From contig JBEKXF010000026.1 in the NCBI GenBank assembly GCA_049512315.1, positions 1-44,348 of the forward strand: a stretch of DNA of 44,348 bases, in the 5' to 3' direction. Shown here in pieces: positions 38,506 through 44,348 of this stretch. Position numbers and translations under genes: made by a program. The notes below the pieces were generated by a model. That model saw only the letters and a list, made by a program, of their open reading frames with translations. It ran no database searches and was not told the origin of the DNA. Source of the DNA: Candidatus Aminicenantales bacterium. GTDB taxonomy: Bacteria > Acidobacteriota > Aminicenantia > Aminicenantales > Saccharicenantaceae. Every line of letters starts with the position of its first letter. Positions within the stretch are counted from its first letter, which is position 1.

Positions 38506-39054
38506 ATGAAACGTATGGCTCTTGTGGTTGGCATGGTCGTCTTGGTTTTCGCAGTCTCCCTTTGGGCTCAGACAACGGCTCCGCAGCCCGATCCAGAGCT
38601 CAAGAAGTTCGACGTCTTTTTGGGCCATTGGACATACGTGGGAGAATACAAGGCCGGCCTGTTGGGGCCAGCTAGCAAGGTTACGGGGGATTGGTCCGGC
38701 AACCAGATTCTCGGAGGATTCTTTTTTCAGGACCAGTTTACAGAAAAAGGGGTTGCTGGAGAGACGAGGGGATTTGAGATCATCGGCTACGACCCGGCGA
38801 ACAAGACCTTTTTCAGTAATGAATACCATAACGATGGAAACATGCTCTCAGGGGCGTATGCCTTCAGTGGAAGCACATTGACCTATACCGGCAAATTTAC
38901 CGTCGGAGGAAAGCCGTATATGATCAAGGCCACAGGCATATTAGCGGCGGATTCGATGAGTTTCACGATAAAAGCCGAAATCTCTCCCGATGGCACGACG
39001 TGGACGCCTTTTTTTGAAAATACATATACCAAGACCACGCCCACACCGAAGTAA
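38506..39054 (+). CDS. Secreted DUF1579-like beta-barrel protein
   Basis: Paralog of 33048; RBS aggagg; same signal-peptide family. Confidence 0.75.
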   Translation: MKRMALVVGMVVLVFAVSLWAQTTAPQPDPELKKFDVFLGHWTYVGEYKAGLLGPASKVTGDWSGNQILGGFFFQDQFTEKGVAGETRGFEIIGYDPANKTFFSNEYHNDGNMLSGAYAFSGSTLTYTGKFTVGGKPYMIKATGILAADSMSFTIKAEISPDGTTWTPFFENTYTKTTPTPK

Positions 39055-39117
39055 TAACTGACTGCCGACGGGGCGAGACAAAGGCGCTAGGCAACGCTGA
39101 GTCCGGAACGAATCGTA

Positions 39118-39155
39118 ACTCCGGATCCAAAGGTCGGAAATCCGAATCCTCTCAG
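39118..39155 (+). tRNA. Degenerate tRNA-Arg(CCG) 3' fragment
   Basis: actccggatccaaaggtcggaaatccgaatcctctcag. Confidence 0.7.
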
Positions 39156-39164
39156 CCCCCCCGT

Positions 39165-39194
39165 TTGACTTCCCGCCCATGCCTCTGTTAATCT
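39165..39194 (+). promoter_or_regulatory. Kinase promoter
   Basis: TTGACT...TAATCT as at 34331. Confidence 0.7.
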
Positions 39195-39220
39195 TAGGCC
39201 AAGCTAGAGAGGGGCCAGCG

Positions 39221-41713
39221 GTGGCCATCAAGTGCCCGACCTGCCATTCCGACAATCCTGAAACCGCGAGGTTCTGCGCCGATTGCGGCACCCAGCTCCC
39301 TCCGCCAAAAGGCCATCCTCCGGTCATGACGGAAACACTTCAGACGCCTGTCCGCGAGCTCACCACGGGCTCAACCTTCGCCGGCCGCTACCAGGTCATC
39401 GAGGAGCTCGGCCACGGCGGGATGGGTAGGGTCTATAAGGTCTTTGATACCAAAATCAAGGAAAGAATCGCCCTCAAGCTGATCATGCCTGAAGTCTCTT
39501 CGAATAAAGAGAACATCGAACGTTTCAACAATGAATTGAAGTTGGCCCGGAGAATTGCCCACAAGAACGTTTGCCGCATGTTCGATATCGGGGAGGATCA
39601 GGGGACGTATTTCATCACAATGGAGTATGTCCCAGGGCAGGATCTCAGAGGTCTAATCCGACAATCTAAGCAGCTCGCGATTGGGACGGCTATCGCGATC
39701 GCCAAACAAGTGTGCGAGGGGCTGGTGGAAGCTCATCGCCTGGGGATCGTTCACCGGGATCTTAAACCAGCCAACGTTTTCATCGATCACGAAGGCAACG
39801 CCCGAATCATGGATTTCGGGATCGCCCGATCGATTCACGCCAAGAGCATCACCGGGGAAGGAATGATGATAGGCACGCCCGAATATATGTCCCCGGAGCA
39901 GGTTGAGGGGAAGGATGCCGACCAAAGATCTGACATCTATTCCTTCGGCACGATCCTTTATGAAATGGTGACCGGGCGGGCTCCGTTCGAAGGAGATACA
40001 CCTTTCACGATCGGCATGAAACAAAAGAGCGAAATCCCCAGGGACCCCAGTAATCTAAATACCCAGATTCCCGATGATCTCAGCCGGCTGATCTTGAAAT
40101 GCTTGGAGAAAGACCGGGCCAAGAGGTATCAAACCGTAAGCGAAGTGCTATCGGAGCTGACGAAGATCGAGGACAGCATCACAACGGCCTCCAGGCCTGC
40201 GGCCGTCAAACAAACGAAAGCGAAAACTGTATCCCTGCCCATCCGGCGCGCTTCCTGGATCTTCGCTGGCGCCGTTCTCCTCATCGCCGCGGCAATCACG
40301 ATTGTCTTTCTCCTGAGCGGCAAGGGAAAGGGAACGATTGATTCGATCGCGGTGCTTTACTTCGAGAACATCAATCCCGACCCCGATATCGAATATCTCA
40401 GCGACGGGATCACCGAAAGCCTGATCAATAAACTGCAGGAATTGCCCAGTCTGAAAAAAGTGATTGCGAGCTCTTCGGTCGCGCGGTATAAGGGACAACA
40501 CGTCGATCCCAAGAAGGTAGGCGCCGAACTCGGCGTCAGCGCCGTCCTCACGGGGAAAATCCGCAGAGCGGGCGAGGGAGTGGCTGTCAACGTCGAGCTG
40601 GTGAAGGCCGAAGACGGTTCGCTGATCTGGAGCCAGCTGTTCGAACAGAAACTCGCGGATGTTTTTGTTTTCCAGGAGCAGGTCTCGAAGGGCATCTCCG
40701 AGAAGCTCCGGCTCAAGATATCCAGGAAAGAAAAAGAACGGTTGGCCAAGCGCTCGACGGATAACGCCGAGGCCTATCAGGCTTATTTGAAAGGCCGGTT
40801 CTACTGGGACAAAAGGACAAAAGAGGGGCTCTTGAAAGGCCTCGAGTACTTCCAGAAGGCCATCGATGCCGACCCCAGCTATGCCCTGGCGTATTCCGGC
40901 CTGGCGGACTCCTACATGCTGCTCGGCCGATACAGCTTTCTCCCACCCAGTGAGGTCATGCCGAAGGGAAAAGCGGCGGCTCTTAAAGCCCTAGCTATTG
41001 ATGACGAACTTGGCGAGGCGCACAACTCGCTCGCCTTCGAAAAGCGCTATTATGAATGGGATTGGTCTGGGGCAGAGCGAGAGTATCAACGGGCGCTCAA
41101 GCTCAGCCCTAATTATGCCACGGCCCACCATTGGTATGCACTGTTTCTATCGATGCTGGGCCGGGATGATCAAGCTATCACGGAGATGCACCGGGCTGTG
41201 GAACTCGATCCCCTTTCGTTGATGATTAACACGAACGTCGCCTGGGTTTATTACTTCGCTCGCCGGTATGATGAAGCCATTGAACAGTTCCGGAAAACGT
41301 TGGATATGGATCCCAACTATGCCGTCGCTCATGACCGGCTCGGAGATGCCTACATTCAGAAGGGCATGCCTCAGGAAGCCATTTCGGAGTTTAAGAGAGC
41401 GGTTAGCCTTTCTCCGGAAAGCACGGAGATTTTAGCCCATCTTGGATATGCTTATGCGGTTTCGAGAAATCGAGGACAGGCGGAAACAATTCTCAAAACG
41501 CTTCTGGAGGAGTCGAAAAAAATATACGTCTCCTCATATGACCTAGCAACCCTCTTCCTGGCGCTTGATCGGAAAGACAAGGCCTTGGATCAACTGGAGC
41601 GGGCATATGAGGAGCATTCCAGTTACCTGAGCATCTTGAAAGTCGACCCAAGGGTTGATCGCCTTCGCTCGGAAGCCAGATTCAAAGCACTGGCCGTCAA
41701 GCTGAAGCTTTAA
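39221..41713 (+). CDS. Zinc-ribbon Ser/Thr protein kinase with TM, TolB-N-like domain and TPRs (K6)
   Basis: GTG start at 39221 by analogy with K1 and K5; kinase motifs; SIAVLYFEN; TPRs. Confidence 0.95.
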   Translation: MAIKCPTCHSDNPETARFCADCGTQLPPPKGHPPVMTETLQTPVRELTTGSTFAGRYQVIEELGHGGMGRVYKVFDTKIKERIALKLIMPEVSSNKENIERFNNELKLARRIAHKNVCRMFDIGEDQGTYFITMEYVPGQDLRGLIRQSKQLAIGTAIAIAKQVCEGLVEAHRLGIVHRDLKPANVFIDHEGNARIMDFGIARSIHAKSITGEGMMIGTPEYMSPEQVEGKDADQRSDIYSFGTILYEMVTGRAPFEGDTPFTIGMKQKSEIPRDPSNLNTQIPDDLSRLILKCLEKDRAKRYQTVSEVLSELTKIEDSITTASRPAAVKQTKAKTVSLPIRRASWIFAGAVLLIAAAITIVFLLSGKGKGTIDSIAVLYFENINPDPDIEYLSDGITESLINKLQELPSLKKVIASSSVARYKGQHVDPKKVGAELGVSAVLTGKIRRAGEGVAVNVELVKAEDGSLIWSQLFEQKLADVFVFQEQVSKGISEKLRLKISRKEKERLAKRSTDNAEAYQAYLKGRFYWDKRTKEGLLKGLEYFQKAIDADPSYALAYSGLADSYMLLGRYSFLPPSEVMPKGKAAALKALAIDDELGEAHNSLAFEKRYYEWDWSGAEREYQRALKLSPNYATAHHWYALFLSMLGRDDQAITEMHRAVELDPLSLMINTNVAWVYYFARRYDEAIEQFRKTLDMDPNYAVAHDRLGDAYIQKGMPQEAISEFKRAVSLSPESTEILAHLGYAYAVSRNRGQAETILKTLLEESKKIYVSSYDLATLFLALDRKDKALDQLERAYEEHSSYLSILKVDPRVDRLRSEARFKALAVKLKL

Positions 41714-41728
41714 TAACTCGAACAGTAT

Positions 41729-41819
41729 GGGACCCCATCCCTTAAAAATGACCCAGGCATGATGTGAGTTTTCTTGAAAATCTCACTTCAGAGGTGGTAT
41801 CTTGACGCGGGGTAGGTCA
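41729..41819. mobile_element. About 90-bp palindromic MITE-like unit
   Basis: Imperfect inverted arms around gtgagttttc-TT-gaaaatctcac; right tip ggtaggtca. Confidence 0.65.
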
Positions 41820-41906
41820 ATATTATTGATAGTGTTATTGGGTAGAGCAGAAAAGATCTTTGAAAATGATGTATTATCCCGTTAAGCAAGCTATGAACGG
41901 ATAACG

Positions 41907-42494
41907 GTGATGCCTCCAGGATTTGACGTGAAGCGATTTAACCGTTGGGCCGCAACCTATGATCGATCGGTTATGCAAAAATGGTATTTTGGACCCGTTC
42001 ACTCAAGAATGCTCAACCTCGTTGAGAAAGAAAAACGGGCGGAATCGCTACATGACATCATCGATGTTGGTTGCGGAACTGGGCGGCTATTGCGGGCCGC
42101 TTCTCGCCGATGGCCACAAGCACATTTATTTGGCGTTGATCCGGCGGAACGGATGATTTCTGAAGCGGAACGTCTCAGTCCTAACGTCACCTTTCGAGTT
42201 GGCGCCGCGGAACTGCTTCCTTTCCCTGATCAAGCCACCGATCTTATTGTTAGCAGCCTATCGTTCCATCACTGGCATGACCAACCAAAAGGTCTCCAAG
42301 AAATTTCACGGGTTCTGCGCCCAGGTGGACTGCTTTGTCTGGCAGATTTGACAATGCGACTGGCTAATATGTATCACGATCAGGTGAAAAGCCGCACTCG
42401 GGTGCAGGAGTTGATCCATAGCGTTGGTCTCAAGGTTATGCGACATCAAAGGTTGTGGTCACGATTCGTGCTTATAACGCTGGCGCAGAAATAA
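41907..42494 (+). CDS. Class I SAM-dependent methyltransferase
   Basis: IDVGCGTG, GVDP, LPFPD, SFHHW, RVLRPGG. Confidence 0.9.
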   Translation: MMPPGFDVKRFNRWAATYDRSVMQKWYFGPVHSRMLNLVEKEKRAESLHDIIDVGCGTGRLLRAASRRWPQAHLFGVDPAERMISEAERLSPNVTFRVGAAELLPFPDQATDLIVSSLSFHHWHDQPKGLQEISRVLRPGGLLCLADLTMRLANMYHDQVKSRTRVQELIHSVGLKVMRHQRLWSRFVLITLAQK

Positions 42495-42556
42495 CGGTTT
42501 GGACGAACTCCATTAACCTTCAGCCGGCCAGGCGCATTCTTGACCTCGATCTCCGC

Positions 42557-42752
42557 TGACCTTCCCTCCTTAAATCGAACTGAGAATATATATAAATAAA
42601 GCCCCGCCTAGCCAGCGGGGCTTTTCGTCCTACGGTCCCGGCTCAGTCCTCCTTCCGCCCCGGCCTGGGGTGGACGAAGCGCTTGTCGAGCGTCGCGGGG
42701 TGCTTGGCGGCGACGCGCTCGGCGTACTTGCTTTTGGGCAGGCGGCCGGCCC
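42557..42752 (+). mobile_element. Miniature element: left tip, terminator, reversed gene tail (copy D)
   Basis: tgaccttccctccttaaatcg; hairpin 42598-42625; minus-strand AGRLPKSKYAERVAAKHPATLDKRFVHPRPGRKED* at 42643-42750. Confidence 0.6.
42598..42625. terminator. Bidirectional intrinsic terminator
   Basis: aaagccccgc-ctagcca-gcggggctttt between convergent genes. Confidence 0.75.
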
Positions 42753-42753
42753 A

Positions 42754-43623
42754 CTACTGGTGCATCCTCCAGCCTCCGCCGACGTACAGGAGTTGTCCCG
42801 TCAGCCAGTGAGCCTGATTCGAGGCCAGGAACACGATCACCTCCGCGACATCCTCAGGCATGCCGCAACGGCGAAGCGGAGTGCCCGCGGAGATCGACGC
42901 TTCCTGCTCCGGCGTTAGATAGCCGGTCTGTATCGGACCCGGCGCCACGATGTTGACTGTGATGCCGTATTTTCCGACCTCGAGCGCGGCTGAGCGGCTG
43001 TAGGATTCGATTGCGTGCTTGGTGGCGGCGTAGCTGATCGAACTCGGATGAGCGTGCGCTGCGTCGGTGCTGATGTTTATGATTCTGCCCCAACTGGCGC
43101 CGCGTCCCAGGTAGCGCCGGATGTACTCGGACATCATTAGGGCGTAAGAACGTGCGTTGACGGCGAAGTGCTCGTCAGCCACGGCAGCCGAAAAGAAGTC
43201 GACCGCGAAGCCTTCCGTCGTGACCGCCGCCGGATCAAACGTGTCTTTCGCGCAGTGTGTATGGTTATTAACCAGGATGTCGACCGGCGCGAACGCTGCC
43301 TCGCAACCGTCGAACACTGTGCGGATGTTCTCCGGATCGCCAAGATCGGCTTCCGCGGCGGCCGCCGCTCCGCCATTTTTCAAAATCTCCTGGACGAGGC
43401 GATCCGCCGATTGTTGCTGCCTTGCCCAGTAGAGCAGCGGGCCTCCGATTCCCGCCTCGCTCGCTTTCGAGATTTCCTCTTGGCCCGAGGGGCAAGACGG
43501 GCGAAAGTAGGCCGCGAACACTTGCGCGCCCTGGGCCGCCAAGGCCCGTGCCGTCGCCGCACCGATGCCGTGGTTTGCGCCGGTGATCAAGGCGACCTTT
43601 CCTTTGAGTCCTGGATCGATCAT
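42754..43623 (-). CDS. SDR family oxidoreductase
   Basis: TGANHGIG, YAATK, VAPGPIQTG, LTGQLLYVGGG; alternative start at 43641. Confidence 0.92.
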   Translation of the reverse strand: MIDPGLKGKVALITGANHGIGAATARALAAQGAQVFAAYFRPSCPSGQEEISKASEAGIGGPLLYWARQQQSADRLVQEILKNGGAAAAAEADLGDPENIRTVFDGCEAAFAPVDILVNNHTHCAKDTFDPAAVTTEGFAVDFFSAAVADEHFAVNARSYALMMSEYIRRYLGRGASWGRIINISTDAAHAHPSSISYAATKHAIESYSRSAALEVGKYGITVNIVAPGPIQTGYLTPEQEASISAGTPLRRCGMPEDVAEVIVFLASNQAHWLTGQLLYVGGGWRMHQ

Positions 43624-43738
43624 AATTTCACCTGCCTTCATCTAAAATGCAATATTCATCGATGAGAAGCCAGGTACGTATAAAATACCCCCCTCAATGT
43701 AATACCCCTGAAATTAGATTATCAAGCCTGGGACAATC

Positions 43739-43868
43739 AAAAAAGCGGACCTTCCGCCACAGGGACTAGGCTATGATATATTCCCAACTGATGATTTATT
43801 TCGGCAACCGTTTGGGCGAATGTGCTTGAATGCGAAAAAGGGATTTACACAGAATATCTGACACTCCC
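43739..43868 (+). mobile_element. IS256-family 3' remnant (second copy)
   Basis: KKRTFRHRD*AMIYSQLMIYFGNRL* plus tttacacagaatatctgacactccc. Confidence 0.75.
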
Positions 43869-44090
43869 TTCTTTGAAGAGCGCGAGCGTGACCCGCGGAT
43901 AGTCCAATTCCCCCCACGAGCTTGCGCGGGATGCGGAAAGGAACGCAAGCCCGCTGGAGGCCGCTACCTACCCGACGGCTGGATCGGGCTTTTCGACCCC
44001 GAGGCCGGGGAATATGTGGGAGCCGTGTGTGAGAAATGCGTGCGCCCCAGGCTGGAGGAAATTCCGATGAGAAGCAATCTCGTGAATTAG
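43869..44090 (+). pseudogene. 5'-truncated zinc-finger protein fragment
   Basis: CAGC...LPDGW...CEKC; begins right at the IS256 tip. Confidence 0.45.
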
Positions 44091-44147
44091 GGACCTCATC
44101 CCTTAAAAACGGTCCAGACATGATGTGAGTTTTCTGGCAAAATCTCA
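44090..44147. mobile_element. Partial palindromic MITE-like unit
   Basis: gggacctcatcccttaaaaacggtccagacatgatgtgagttttc matches 41729. Confidence 0.6.
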
Positions 44148-44172
44148 AGGAGGACGTTGGAGTCGGGACGGC

Positions 44173-44245
44173 CTAGCCCTCCTTATGCTCCGGCCTGGGG
44201 CGGACGAAGCGGCGGTCGAGAGTCACGGGTGCTTCGCGGCGACGC
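44173..44245 (-). pseudogene. Orphan gene tail (copy E, 1-nt deletion)
   Basis: VAAKHP/VTLDRRFVRPRPEHKEG*. Confidence 0.7.
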
Positions 44246-44348
44246 CATCTGGTGAGGTTAGGGCTTCCTGCCGGCCGTGTTGGTTTCAACCCATGCGGCG
44301 AAGGCGTGCATATATCTCGCGACGAATTCCCTTGTCGAGTCATTGACA

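Noticed and set aside
39179..39220. N-terminal extension of K6
   Set aside because: It overlaps the conserved promoter and RBS; paralogs start at the equivalent GTG.
12111..41713. Diversity-generating retroelement acting on kinase tails
   Set aside because: No reverse transcriptase, and differences between tail copies are not adenine-specific.
1..44348. CRISPR array or cas genes
   Set aside because: No regularly spaced short repeats with unique spacers and no Cas-like ORFs.
1..44348. Integrase or intact transposase
   Set aside because: No ORF shows tyrosine-recombinase, serine-recombinase or DDE motifs; any mobilising enzyme must lie outside the window.

Overview
An accessory, genomic-island-like bacterial region with no core housekeeping genes and no integrase or intact transposase. 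The zinc-ribbon Ser/Thr-kinase-TPR expansion resembles Aminicenantes/Acidobacteriota-type genomes, but that taxonomy is inference only. About 35 plausible CDS are present: six paralogous Hanks-type kinases with different C-terminal domains, small exported NTF2/DUF4440- and DUF1579-like proteins sharing a signal peptide, redox and hydrolytic enzymes, a Clp-fold SDH protease and a phage-like mini-operon. The main signal is intergenic: most 1-4 gene modules are bounded by recombination-site-like scars. These are five 3' fragments of tRNA-Arg(CCG), two 5' halves of tRNA-Sec(UCA), one 3' fragment of tRNA-Lys(CUU), 11-bp-period arm-type repeats, IS256 ends, a family of IS3-like miniature elements carrying a terminator, a captured gene tail and an outward promoter, and orphan kinase tails. 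Single genes sit between direct att-like repeats with periods of 989, 3586, 1061 and 1191 bp. I infer an integrase-less, tRNA-att-based gene-cassette array enriched for signalling kinases and secreted proteins.
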